From a virus (lineage: Duplodnaviria > Caudoviricetes): a stretch of 46,369 nucleotides of DNA. The position numbers and the translations under genes are program-made. This document shows positions 17,660 to 26,805 of the stretch, in pieces. A model generated the notes under the pieces. It did not search any database. It was not told where the DNA came from and saw nothing but the letters and a program-made list of their open reading frames with translations. Every line of letters begins with the position of its first letter. The first letter of the stretch is position 1. The stretch spans positions 1-46,369 of the IMG/VR virus record IMGVR_UViG_3300012921_000005; one strand, 5' to 3'.

Positions 17660-18367
17660 CCTCACTCACCCATCCGCCCTGCCCGCGGCGGCCCTTGCGC
17701 TGCTGCTTCTTTCGCTCTTCGGCATCCACCTCGACGTCGGCGTTGAGCCGGGCGATCAGCTCGTCGACAAAGTCGGGGTCCATTGCGGCGACCTGCTGCG
17801 GGGTCCAGCCGAACCGCACCGCCAGGTCGACCTCCAGATCGTAGTCGCCGCCGACCGGCTCACCGTTTAGCCGGCCACGTCGACGGTCGCGCCAGCGCTG
17901 CTTGATCCAGCCGTAGTAGCTGGCGTGGCGCTGGCCTCCGGTTTTGGGGCCGGCGCCTGGCGCAGCGGGTTGCGCTTGCCGATCTCCTCGATGACCGCGT
18001 TGACCAGCGGCTCGTCGGCGTCGAGGCGGTCAACGTTCGCCTGGGTGAGCGCCACGCCGGCGAAGGCCGGGCCTTCCCAGCGCAGCACGTTGTGGCGCAG
18101 CAGTGCCAGCGTGTAGGCCCCCATCGACAGGGCGACCTGCGCGACCCCGTTCGTCCCGCCCTGCTGCGCACTGATTTGCATCAGCTCGTCCTGGACCGTC
18201 TTGCGGGCGCGAATGCCCATCTTGCCCGTGATCCAGATCGTGTTGATCTCACCCTGGGTGTGCTCGGCCAGGCCGTTGCGGAAGGCGCGGAACCGGGCCT
18301 CCTCCAGCGCCCCGATCGTGCCGTCGGGAAGCTGGTAGACGACGACGCGCTCGTCGGTGACAAACAT
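17619..18367 (-). CDS. Tail assembly chaperone G (17867-18367) and GT via -1 frameshift
   Basis: Between tail tube and tape measure. Slippery C CCA AAA at 17942-17948; the -1 frame stays open into ...LAVRFGWTPQQV... and stops at 17619. Confidence 0.85.
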
Positions 18368-18378
18368 GGGTAGGCTCC

Positions 18379-19398
18379 TTACAGCGTCGTGCGAGTGTTC
18401 TGGACGCTCATATTGAAGTCATGGCCGGCGGTCACGTCGTACTGGCTCATCACGGTGAACTGGATGGTGCGGTTGGTGCCCTCCAGATCGCCCCAGTCGT
18501 TGAACTCCAGCGGGCCGTAGATCTCGGTTTGGACGTAGTGATAGAATCCATCCTCAATCTCAGGGCCGTTGAGGCGCCAGCGGATTTTGCACGGCGTCGT
18601 GCCGTCGTAGTTCTGGAAGATGTCGTACTGCGCCATGTCGAGCAGCTCGAACGTCATGGACAGCTCAGCGTGGCGCTTACCGCGGCCGGTGCGGATGAAG
18701 TTGCGCCCGCCCGTCGGGCCGACCGCTCCGTGTTTGCGGACGATGCCGGTGTCGTGGCTGAACTCGGCCGAGATGAAGCGTCCGCTGATCTCGGTCGTGC
18801 CGATAGCGCTACTGGTGTCGAGCCACAGCTGCATCTCGGCGGGGGTGATCAGCGGGGCGGTGAGCTGCGGCGGCACGCTCACCGGATCGTTCTGCGTCGG
18901 GAACCGCCCGAAGCCTGACACGCTCATCGTGGCACCGTCCGTGCCCGAGGCGTCAGCGCTGATGGTCAGGTTCTCGATCATGTTGTAGACCGAGCGGAAC
19001 CACTTGGTGTTGGGGTCACCCCAGAACAGCGTCGCGGCGCGCAGATCGTCCGCGGTCATGGTTGGGTTGAACGCCCACAGCCGGGCGCTGGTGGCACCGC
19101 TGGGCGTGGTCGGCGTCGTCACGCCGCCCTTCAGCGCCATGTTGAGCAGCACGGGCAAGAGAAAGTTGTCGAGCGGCCCCTCGCCCTCCCACTCGCTCCA
19201 GTCCCGCACCGGGCGCGAGCGCGAGAACTCGGCCAGGTGGCCGCGGTTCTCCTCGGGGCGGTAGTAGTCGCGGCGCGGGCTGATGCTGCCGGTGAACGGC
19301 ATGTTGTGTGTCGGGGTCGTGGTGGCCGTGCCGCGCTGTGTCGTCGTCGCGCCAGCGCTGAGGCCCAGGAGCAGGGATTCAAAACTGATCTCAGCCAT
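18379..19398 (-). CDS. Major tail (tube) protein
   Basis: 339 aa, beta-rich, strongly biased codon use, directly before the chaperones. Confidence 0.8.
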   Translation of the reverse strand: MAEISFESLLLGLSAGATTTQRGTATTTPTHNMPFTGSISPRRDYYRPEENRGHLAEFSRSRPVRDWSEWEGEGPLDNFLLPVLLNMALKGGVTTPTTPSGATSARLWAFNPTMTADDLRAATLFWGDPNTKWFRSVYNMIENLTISADASGTDGATMSVSGFGRFPTQNDPVSVPPQLTAPLITPAEMQLWLDTSSAIGTTEISGRFISAEFSHDTGIVRKHGAVGPTGGRNFIRTGRGKRHAELSMTFELLDMAQYDIFQNYDGTTPCKIRWRLNGPEIEDGFYHYVQTEIYGPLEFNDWGDLEGTNRTIQFTVMSQYDVTAGHDFNMSVQNTRTTL

Positions 19399-19443
19399 TG
19401 TGATGTCTCCTCAGCGCACGCGGCGCGGGTGCGAAACGCACAC

Positions 19444-19526
19444 AGCCCCGCCACCTCGGGGAGGCGCGGGGCCTGGCGAGGAGACGGGGCCTAGTCAGTC
19501 GAGAAGGCCGTCAGGTTGTCGGGCCG
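19444..19526 (-). promoter_or_regulatory. Structured late leader element, copy 1
   Basis: Near-identical to 24941-25018; GACAACCTGAC followed by two hairpins; upstream of the tail tube gene. Confidence 0.75.
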
Positions 19527-19889
19527 CTACCCCTCGGCCGGGGCCTTGTCGGCCTTGTCGGCCGTGCGCGAGCGCCGGGCGGGCGGGCCGCCGGCGTCGG
19601 GGCTGTCCTCGGCCGGCGCCGCACCCAGCGTGTCGTCGGCCGCCCCATCGGGCTGCGGCGTGGGCGCTTCGCCCTCGGCCTTGGCCTTCGCCTTGGGGGC
19701 GTTGGCCGTGGCGACGTAGTACGGCTGGGCGCGGATGCTGTCCTGGAGCCACTCCGGCTGCTCCAGGAACTCGCGCACGGTCAGGCTCCGCAGCGGCACC
19801 CCGGGGAGCGCCGCGATCGGGGTGCCCTTCTCGTCCTCGTTCCGGTCCTTCCGGTAGGAAAAGGCGATCTTGTCGGCGTCGTCACTCAT
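19527..19889 (-). CDS. Hypothetical virion-module protein
   Basis: AGGAG RBS, coupled start; ALPGVPLRSLT motif and low-complexity tail. Confidence 0.7.
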   Translation of the reverse strand: MSDDADKIAFSYRKDRNEDEKGTPIAALPGVPLRSLTVREFLEQPEWLQDSIRAQPYYVATANAPKAKAKAEGEAPTPQPDGAADDTLGAAPAEDSPDAGGPPARRSRTADKADKAPAEG

Positions 19890-20335
19890 CGTCCGCTCCT
19901 GATGGCTGGGCCCTTCACCAGGGCTGTTGTCGTCACGTCGATCACCCGCTGCCACGCCCCGCCGATGGTGAGAAAGCCCGCCCGCACGTCCCCGAGCTCC
20001 AGGATGCCGCTCGGGATCAGATCGTCGAGGCGGCTGGCCGCCGCCCGGCCCAGCGCGTCGAGGATGGGATCGACCAGGGCGGTCAGGATCTCCTCGGCCC
20101 GCTCCTCGCCGGCCCACGGCCCACAGAGGCGATGGATGCAGGTGTAGCGTCGGGCCTGCACCTGGCCGGTAGCGCTGACCGGCACCGCGTCGAGCAGGGT
20201 GTAGATCATGGGCCAGGTGTTCACCGCCTTCGGCTCAAACCCGAGGACCAGGCGCACCCCCGGTACCGTGCGCAGGTAGCGGTGCTGCGCGTCCCGGATG
20301 GCCGGGTAGGTCGGGACGTGGACGCTGTCACTCAT
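19886..20335 (-). CDS. Putative tail terminator/completion protein
   Basis: Size and position after the gp10-like gene. Confidence 0.6.
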   Translation of the reverse strand: MSDSVHVPTYPAIRDAQHRYLRTVPGVRLVLGFEPKAVNTWPMIYTLLDAVPVSATGQVQARRYTCIHRLCGPWAGEERAEEILTALVDPILDALGRAAASRLDDLIPSGILELGDVRAGFLTIGGAWQRVIDVTTTALVKGPAIRSGR

Positions 20336-20652
20336 CCCGTCACCCCCGACCACACCGCGATCCCAGCCTCGGCCAGGATGCGGTCGATCTCATCCTCGAC
20401 GTCGTCGATGCCCAGCTCCATGAAGGGATTGGTGCGATGCACCGGCCGGGCGTAGATCACGTTCGTGCCGACCACGCCCTCCGTCACCGAGCGCACGCTG
20501 CCAGTGATGGAGCGGCGCAGGTGGCCCGTCCGCACCGGCGTGCGAAGCTTGATGCCCCGCTCGGCGGTGAAGACGATGCGCGCGAGCGCGGGTGCCAGGG
20601 CAGCGGCGATGTCGAGCGAGCCCAGCCGCGCGGCGGCCTCCTCGGGGGTCAT
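20332..20652 (-). CDS. HK97 gp10-like neck protein
   Basis: TPVRTGHLRRSI...VGTNVIYA...PFM motif. Confidence 0.85.
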   Translation of the reverse strand: MTPEEAAARLGSLDIAAALAPALARIVFTAERGIKLRTPVRTGHLRRSITGSVRSVTEGVVGTNVIYARPVHRTNPFMELGIDDVEDEIDRILAEAGIAVWSGVTG

Positions 20653-21509
20653 ACCGGCATCTCCGTGAGGCGGTCCCGCACCGCCCGCAGCACGCTCTGC
20701 TGGGCGCGGGTCAGCCCGCTGACAAAGCGGGTGTAGCTGCCGTCGTCGGCCCCCTGCACCTCGGCAAAGCCCCCCGAGGTTTTGGACCGCCAGATGTTGA
20801 CCGCCAGCTCCAGACAGATCTGCTGGATGCCGGCGGGCGGCGGGCCGAAGCCCCAGCGCGCCGTCACCGTGTAGGTGCTGCCGGCCGCCCAGGTCAGCCC
20901 GCCCAGGGTGCCGACCGGCCAGCCCGCCTCGGGGTAGCTGGCCCCCCAGCCCGTCAGGGCCGCCCCGCTCCACGCCACCGCCGACACACTGCCCGGCGCG
21001 TGCGGTGGGAGCCACAGCACCCCGCCGCCGTAGCTGCGGACCGTGCGCGCCTGGGGCGTGCTGTAGCCGTCGAAGCGGAAGCCCAGGATCTCCTCGATGA
21101 CCCCCGTGGCCCGGTCGAGCACGTCCTGCAGGTCCTGGTCGAGGGTGGGCCGCACGCTCACCGCCACGTTGTCGCCCGTCAGGTCAGCGCCCACCGCCAC
21201 CAGCCGCTCGGCATCGTCGGCGAGCGGCGGGTGGAAGCGGACGCGGTACGGGCCGCCTTTGGGACCGCGCACCTCAACAATCGGCTCGCCGTTGGGCTGG
21301 GCGTATTTGGCGAGCGCGGACAGCCCGGCCAGGGCCTCGCGCACCGTGCGCGCGCTGGCCGGGTACGCCACCGTCTCCGTCTCGCCGTCGTAGCTCAGCC
21401 CGAGCTCGCCCCCGGTCGCCCCGGTGACGGTCACGCGCTGCTCGGCGTTCTCCGGCACCTGGTCGCCCAAGTAGGCGCGGAGGTCGGCGATGGAGGCGTA
21501 GGAGGCCAT
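20649..21509 (-). CDS. Head-tail adaptor (gp6/gp15-like) with inserted domain
   Basis: YASIADLRAYL N-terminus; VTARWGF..PPAGIQQICLELA C-terminus. Confidence 0.8.
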   Translation of the reverse strand: MASYASIADLRAYLGDQVPENAEQRVTVTGATGGELGLSYDGETETVAYPASARTVREALAGLSALAKYAQPNGEPIVEVRGPKGGPYRVRFHPPLADDAERLVAVGADLTGDNVAVSVRPTLDQDLQDVLDRATGVIEEILGFRFDGYSTPQARTVRSYGGGVLWLPPHAPGSVSAVAWSGAALTGWGASYPEAGWPVGTLGGLTWAAGSTYTVTARWGFGPPPAGIQQICLELAVNIWRSKTSGGFAEVQGADDGSYTRFVSGLTRAQQSVLRAVRDRLTEMPV

Positions 21510-21512
21510 CGG

Positions 21513-21914
21513 CTACTTGCCCTCGCCCTCGGGCTTGGGGGCGGCCGCGCGGTGACGTTCCGTCGGCTTCGACGGGCGCCGGCCGGCGGCGGCGGGGGCG
21601 TCCTCCTCGGCGGGGCGGGTGAACAGGTCGGGCGCGACCACCTCGGGCTCGGGCGAGCCGGGCGACTGGCCCAGGGCGTCGAGGGTCGGCGTGGGCACGG
21701 CGCGGTCGGCGGCCTCGCGGGCGGCCTTGATCGCCTCGGGCGTCTGCTCGGGCCCGGCCTGCACCAGGCCGTAGCGCTGGGCCACGGCGTAGGGGATGGT
21801 CTGGCCCTTGCGGCCGACCAGCTCCTCGCGCCCGTCGGGCAGGCGGTTGTAGGTGTCCTCGTCGAGCGTGACGCCGGGCTGGCCGGCGGCGGTGGGCTTC
21901 ACTTCCAGGGGCAT
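21513..21914 (-). CDS. Small protein following capsid gene
   Basis: AAGGAG RBS; LVGRKGQTIPYAVAQRYGL motif. Confidence 0.7.
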   Translation of the reverse strand: MPLEVKPTAAGQPGVTLDEDTYNRLPDGREELVGRKGQTIPYAVAQRYGLVQAGPEQTPEAIKAAREAADRAVPTPTLDALGQSPGSPEPEVVAPDLFTRPAEEDAPAAAGRRPSKPTERHRAAAPKPEGEGK

Positions 21915-21989
21915 CGCGGGCTCCTTCGTGGTGCGGGGCGGCGGGTCGCCACCGCCCCCATGCGATCGGCGGGCGGCCGGGGCCGGGGG

Positions 21990-23252
21990 CTACGGCGTGG
22001 GCTCGGTCAGGGTCAGGACACAGAAGGCCTTGGGCCGCACGACGGCGAAGGCGGCGCGCAGCTCGGCCAGCACGGCCACGGCGTTGCGCAGGAAGAAGTC
22101 GTTGGGCTCGCCGACGCGGATCTCGGTCTCCATGCGGTCCCAGAGGGTGGCCCCCATCGTCCAGTCGCCGACGACGCCCTTGTCCGCCGCGATCACGGGG
22201 GACTCGTAGACCGGCAGGCGCCACAGGCGGCCCGTGGTCGGGTCCCAGATCTTGACATAGTGCTCGTCGTCGCCGCGCTCCAGCTCGATCTCCTCGGTGT
22301 CGGTCGGGTTGAGCAGGATGCCGTTGGGGGTGTAGAACTCCAGCATCACGTCGGTGATCCCGCGCCGGATGGTGTCGGCCACCGAGTCGCCGGCGGCCGC
22401 GCGAGCGCCCGTGCCGCGGGTGCGGGTGAGCACGCCCGAGGCGTTGATGATGCCGGCGAAGTTCTCGCCGCTGCCGCTGCCCGCCACGATCTGCTGCTCC
22501 AGCACCACGCGCAGCATCTCGGTGAGCTGGGTGTCGATGATGTTCTGGAGGTTGGGCGCGTCGCGCAGGATGTTGCGCGAGGCCGGGATCCAGGTGGCGA
22601 TGGTGCGGACGTTCGTCGAGAGCAGGTCGAAGGTGATGCCGCTCTCCGGCTTCAGGCCGAAGTTGCCGCCGGTGTACTCGGCCACCGGGGCCGCGTTGTT
22701 GGTGCGGGTGTCGACCTTGACGTACTCGACGACGTTGGAGTCGGTGCGGCTGATGTTGACGAGGTCGAGGATGGAGCGCGGGCGGAAGGGCAGGTCGATG
22801 ATCTCGGTCTCGCGCTGCGCGTCGAGCAGCGCGCCGCCGGTCGCCTCGGTGCCCTCGTAGAGGGGGGCCTTGACGTTGACCGGCTCCATCCGCTGCTTCT
22901 GGTTGGTCGCCATCCGGCGCCCGGCCTCCGCGGTGGCCGTCTTGAACTGATCGGACTCCACCACGCGCCGGCCCCAGCTCTTGCGGGGCTTCTGGCTGGC
23001 GATGGCCTGCCCGGCCACCTTCGCCTGGCCGGCGGGCTGGTTCACCAGCGCGTCGGCGCTATCCAGCTCCAGCAGGGCCTCCAGCTCGGCCTTCTTGCCC
23101 TTGCCGTCCTCGGTCAGCTTGAGGAAGGCGGTGCGCTCGTCGGCGGTCGCCTTCTCGCCCTTGGTCTCCAGGTCGGCGTAGGCCGCCTTGGCCTGGTTGG
23201 TCAGCGTCTGCAGCTCGGTGCGCAGCACGCGGATTCGCTCGTCGTAGCCCAC
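21990..23252 (-). CDS. Major capsid protein, HK97 fold with delta domain
   Basis: GTG start; coiled-coil N-terminus; KPES, TIATWIPAS, LWRLPV and FLRNAVAVLAELR..VVRPKAF motifs. Confidence 0.95.
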   Translation of the reverse strand: MGYDERIRVLRTELQTLTNQAKAAYADLETKGEKATADERTAFLKLTEDGKGKKAELEALLELDSADALVNQPAGQAKVAGQAIASQKPRKSWGRRVVESDQFKTATAEAGRRMATNQKQRMEPVNVKAPLYEGTEATGGALLDAQRETEIIDLPFRPRSILDLVNISRTDSNVVEYVKVDTRTNNAAPVAEYTGGNFGLKPESGITFDLLSTNVRTIATWIPASRNILRDAPNLQNIIDTQLTEMLRVVLEQQIVAGSGSGENFAGIINASGVLTRTRGTGARAAAGDSVADTIRRGITDVMLEFYTPNGILLNPTDTEEIELERGDDEHYVKIWDPTTGRLWRLPVYESPVIAADKGVVGDWTMGATLWDRMETEIRVGEPNDFFLRNAVAVLAELRAAFAVVRPKAFCVLTLTEPTP

Positions 23253-23253
23253 G

Positions 23254-24909
23254 TCAGGCTCCTTCGTTGAGGAAGATGAGATAGTCGAGGTTGGACTTGA
23301 GCATGGCGAGGCTGGGAACCGACGGTGCGTGCGTGCCCGTGTCCGGGCGGCGCGGCGCGGCCTTCGCATCCTCCTCCTCCTCGTCGGTCATGCCCTTACA
23401 GCTCGTGCAGCCGAGCTGCACGGCGAGCTTGTGGATGGCGTTGAGCGCCCGGACGTCGTCGGCCGAGTGGCGAGCACCCGCCTTCTGGGCGCGGGTTAGC
23501 TGGTGCTCGATCTGGCCGAGCAGGAGATCCAGCGGCATGGTCCAGATCGCCCCGTCGGCTTTGCTGGCCCGGGTGGCGGGGTTGGCGCCCCAGAGCACGT
23601 CGGAGGTTTCCCACAGCCGCTGCTCGTGGATGAGCCGCAGCCGCTGGCCGCCCTGCTCGACGAACTCGAAGCGGATCGGGTCGTACATGTAGGACATCTC
23701 ATAGGGCCCGCCCTTCTGGATGCCCTCAAACACCCATTCCGCCAGGGGGCTGCGCTCGAGATACGTGCGCCGCACCTCGGCCCCGCCCGTCGCCTCGGGG
23801 AAGGCGGCCAGCACCTCCTGGGGCAGCGCGTCGCGGCCGACCTCCTGGAGGCCGTCGATCACGGCGATGGCCGGCTGGCTGGTGTCGTGCTGCCAGAGGT
23901 GATGGATCTTGCCCCGCCGCTCGCGGAAGGTCTTCGCGAACGAGCCCGGCATGCACACGTCGAGGTAACTGTCGACGTTGCCGAAGACGCTGAAGACCCC
24001 CACGACCGTGCGGCCGTCGATGTCCTTGGTGAAGTGGGGCAGGGCCTTGGGGGCGCGGCTGGCCGGGTCGTTCTGCTGGACCAGCGCGCCGGGCTGGCGG
24101 TCCTTCAGCCACAGCGCCGGGGCACTCTTCAGCGCATCGCCCTCGGCGGCGGGGGGCGTCGTGTCGCCCACGGCCAGCGGGTGGCCCTGCGCGTTCAGCG
24201 CGTCGCCGGTCTCGGCGGGGGTGGCGTCAACCGCCGGCTCCGCCACGCCCGCGCCGTCGGCCGGCTCGCCCGCGGCCGCGGCCCCCGCTTGCGCGGCGTC
24301 GACCACGTCCGGCACCGCCTCCCACGGCGCACCCCCGAGGGCGTAGTCGGTGTACGCCGTGCCCCAGCCGAGGGTCACGGTATCGAACCAGACCTCGATC
24401 GGCCAGGGGGCCGGAAGGTCGACGGCCTCGCCGGCGGGGACGTAGGCCAGCGTGATGTGCGGGTCGTGGCCGTGGCGGTCCTCGACGGGGAAGCCCGCGC
24501 CCGCCAGGCCCTCCTGGAGCCGCACGAGCCAGCGGGCCAGGTCGGGGCTGTCGAAGGAGCAGTAGACCGCGTCAACCCCGTCCTCGCCGCTGAACCGGCC
24601 CATGCCGCTGATGGTCCCTGCAACAGGGGGCAGCTCCGCCGCCATGGCCTGCACGACCGCCGCGACGGCCGCGCGCCGGGGCTCGAGATCCGCCGCCTCG
24701 CCCAGGTAGCACAGGGTCAGGTGCAGCTCGTCGGCGGTGTGGACCAGCGCCCCCGCCGGCCAGCGCGCGGCGGGGAGGGCCAGCGTGGCCAGCAGCGGGC
24801 TGCGCAGCATGAGCACGGCCGTGGTGTGCTGCGGGGCCACCACCGTTGTCGTGGTGGTGACGAGGAGCGCCTTCTCGGGTCGCTGGGCGGCGGGGCTAGG
24901 CTTGCGCAT
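23254..24909 (-). CDS. 2H-phosphoesterase (Acb1/LigT-like) fused to HK97-type prohead protease
   Basis: Two HxT motifs (LHLTL, PHITL); protease motifs FGNVDSYLD, LWQHD and LWETSDVLWGANP. Confidence 0.85.
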   Translation of the reverse strand: MRKPSPAAQRPEKALLVTTTTTVVAPQHTTAVLMLRSPLLATLALPAARWPAGALVHTADELHLTLCYLGEAADLEPRRAAVAAVVQAMAAELPPVAGTISGMGRFSGEDGVDAVYCSFDSPDLARWLVRLQEGLAGAGFPVEDRHGHDPHITLAYVPAGEAVDLPAPWPIEVWFDTVTLGWGTAYTDYALGGAPWEAVPDVVDAAQAGAAAAGEPADGAGVAEPAVDATPAETGDALNAQGHPLAVGDTTPPAAEGDALKSAPALWLKDRQPGALVQQNDPASRAPKALPHFTKDIDGRTVVGVFSVFGNVDSYLDVCMPGSFAKTFRERRGKIHHLWQHDTSQPAIAVIDGLQEVGRDALPQEVLAAFPEATGGAEVRRTYLERSPLAEWVFEGIQKGGPYEMSYMYDPIRFEFVEQGGQRLRLIHEQRLWETSDVLWGANPATRASKADGAIWTMPLDLLLGQIEHQLTRAQKAGARHSADDVRALNAIHKLAVQLGCTSCKGMTDEEEEDAKAAPRRPDTGTHAPSVPSLAMLKSNLDYLIFLNEGA

Positions 24910-24940
24910 CGCGTGCTCCAGGCTGGGCGGACATGCAAAT

Positions 24941-25018
24941 AGCCCCGCCACCTCGGAAAGGCGCGGGGCCTGGCGAGGGGACGGGGCCTGATGGAGAGGC
25001 CGTCAGGTTGTCGGGCCG
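24941..25018 (-). promoter_or_regulatory. Structured late leader element, copy 2
   Basis: Repeat of 19444-19526; upstream of the protease-capsid genes. Confidence 0.75.
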
Positions 25019-25019
25019 G

Positions 25020-25148
25020 TCAGCTCAGGTATCGACTGCGCAAATACTTCACGATCATCATCAGCGCATCGTGGACGACGCGGGCCAGGGCGCGGAACTC
25101 CGCCTTGATCGCCTCGGGGGCCGGTTGGACGGTCTCAGGCTCGTGCAT
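25020..25148 (-). CDS. Small helical protein (~42 aa)
   Basis: EFRALARVVHDALMMIVKYLRSRYLS amphipathic helix; start uncertain. Confidence 0.5.
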   Translation of the reverse strand: MHEPETVQPAPEAIKAEFRALARVVHDALMMIVKYLRSRYLS

Positions 25149-25561
25149 CACTGCGCTACTCGCTGGTGGGAGTGGTGCCCCGGCCGTCGCCGGGGCGGGC
25201 GCCCTCATTGCCGTGAGCCCTCGGTGGCGGGCTGTGGCATTGGAGCCACGAGCAGGACTTGCACCTGCGGCCTCCCCGGCGCGTGCGGCCGGGATGCTCT
25301 GCTGCTGAGCTACCGTGACGTGCCGCCGGACTTCCAAGTTCGCCAACTCTCGCCCGGCGTATGATCATTGTCACACGTGACAATTGCCCGCAGTATACCA
25401 TGGCGGTCAATATGCCGCCAAACCAGTTTCGGGCGTTGTCGCCAGTGGCAATCATTATGCGAGCACGGGCGCGGCAGCCGCCAACATGGAGCGAGCGGCG
25501 GAGCGACGTCGCTCGTCAGCGCTGGACAAGGTGATGGGGACAACTTCACGTCGAACTGCCT

Positions 25562-25870
25562 CTAGCGCTGAGCAAACGGATTAAAATTTTTGAATAGACC
25601 GCCCAGTACCGCCATTGGAGGGTCGCATCTCATGCGGTTCCCTTCGTAGGACATGTGCGCCATATAGCACGCAAGCACTAATGCTTCTTCAAGGGTATTG
25701 GCTTCGGACTCACCACCTCCATCACTGATACACACGCGGTACTGCATAGAGATAGTCGAGGTGCCGTCTTTCGCCCCTAGCTTGAATAAAGGCGTGATCG
25801 TAATAGTTTTGTTTGTACGGAGCACAAGGTCGATCATCTGTAGTAGCATTTCCGGCGATGGTGTATTCAT
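25562..25870 (-). CDS. Hypothetical protein, lower GC
   Basis: AAAGG upstream of ATG; resembles 26422-26727. Confidence 0.65.
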   Translation of the reverse strand: MNTPSPEMLLQMIDLVLRTNKTITITPLFKLGAKDGTSTISMQYRVCISDGGGESEANTLEEALVLACYMAHMSYEGNRMRCDPPMAVLGGLFKNFNPFAQR

Positions 25871-25883
25871 GGGCCCTTGCCTT

Positions 25884-26435
25884 TCACACTAAAACGGGCG
25901 CGATCGCACACGTACATCTCGGATGGGCTGGCGGATGGGCGATACCCCGGGCGAACTCCTCGCCCAGGTCGACCACCTGCCCGCCGAGGCCCTGGCAGAT
26001 CGGGCAGGGCTCAGGCCCAAGCAGCCACTCCTTCCCTTGTACCACCCCGCTCGCCCGGTAGGCGGCGATGCTGCCCCGGCTATACGCTTCGGCGCTTTCT
26101 GTAAGCGCGATCAGCCGGGCGCGCTCGCGGCTGTGGCCCTCGCCCAGCCCCTCGATCGCCCGGGCCAGCTGCTCGACGCTCCAGCCCTCGGCGGCGGCCT
26201 GCCCCACCAGCCCGCGGATCTCCTCGCGGGTCGTCTCGGCGATGTCGCGCACACGGGTGGCGAGGTCCGACAGGATAGCCTGGACGAAGGGGTTGTCCAC
26301 GTCGAAAGCCACGTCGACGCCCAGCACGTCGGCGGCGTCGGCGAACGCGGCCGGCAGGGCCAGCAGATAGGCACGGCGCAGCAGCAGGCCGAGCCGGGCG
26401 CCCAGGTCAAGGCCGAGCTGGTCAATGGTGGTCAT
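25884..26435 (-). CDS. Minor head protein, Mu gpF/SPP1 gp7 family
   Basis: RARLIALTE, KEW, CPIC and PPAHPRCTC motifs. Confidence 0.92.
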   Translation of the reverse strand: MTTIDQLGLDLGARLGLLLRRAYLLALPAAFADAADVLGVDVAFDVDNPFVQAILSDLATRVRDIAETTREEIRGLVGQAAAEGWSVEQLARAIEGLGEGHSRERARLIALTESAEAYSRGSIAAYRASGVVQGKEWLLGPEPCPICQGLGGQVVDLGEEFARGIAHPPAHPRCTCAIAPVLV

Positions 26436-26727
26436 CAGTCAGGCCCTTCCTTGCCACCCCAAGCGCCTCAATTTCACGGGCCAGCGCGCCGTCATGGATA
26501 TTGCCAAATGGAAAGGAGGCGTACCAAAGCGCCTCCGGCAAAGAAGGTGCCTGTGCATCGTTGCGCCGCCCATCAGTGCCGCGAAGCAATACAACGTACT
26601 CGGGGCCGCCGGGAAGGCCGGGTACGTCCTCATACCTCAACTCGACCTCGATCCCATGTCGCAGCATCGCCTTTATGATCTCGTATGCGTTGGCCTCAGT
26701 AAATGCGCGATCGTACGTATCGGACAT
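26422..26727 (-). CDS. Hypothetical protein
   Basis: GGAGGGG RBS; overlaps the gpF start. Confidence 0.7.
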   Translation of the reverse strand: MSDTYDRAFTEANAYEIIKAMLRHGIEVELRYEDVPGLPGGPEYVVLLRGTDGRRNDAQAPSLPEALWYASFPFGNIHDGALAREIEALGVARKGLTDDHH

Positions 26728-26805
26728 CTACCCCTCCCTCGCAGCCTTAGCCACGTGCGTGTACTGCGCGCCCAGATCGAGGCCGAGCCGGTCAACGCTG
26801 GTCAT
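26728..26805 (-). pseudogene. 25-codon remnant duplicating the gpF 5' end
   Basis: MTSVDRLGLDLGA vs gpF MTTIDQLGLDLGA; 33/38 nt identical (26768-26805 vs 26398-26435). Confidence 0.75.

Noticed and set aside
25156-25549. ORFs 25156-25455 and 25310-25549
   Set aside because: They overlap, have weak starts and atypical composition, so no frame can be chosen.
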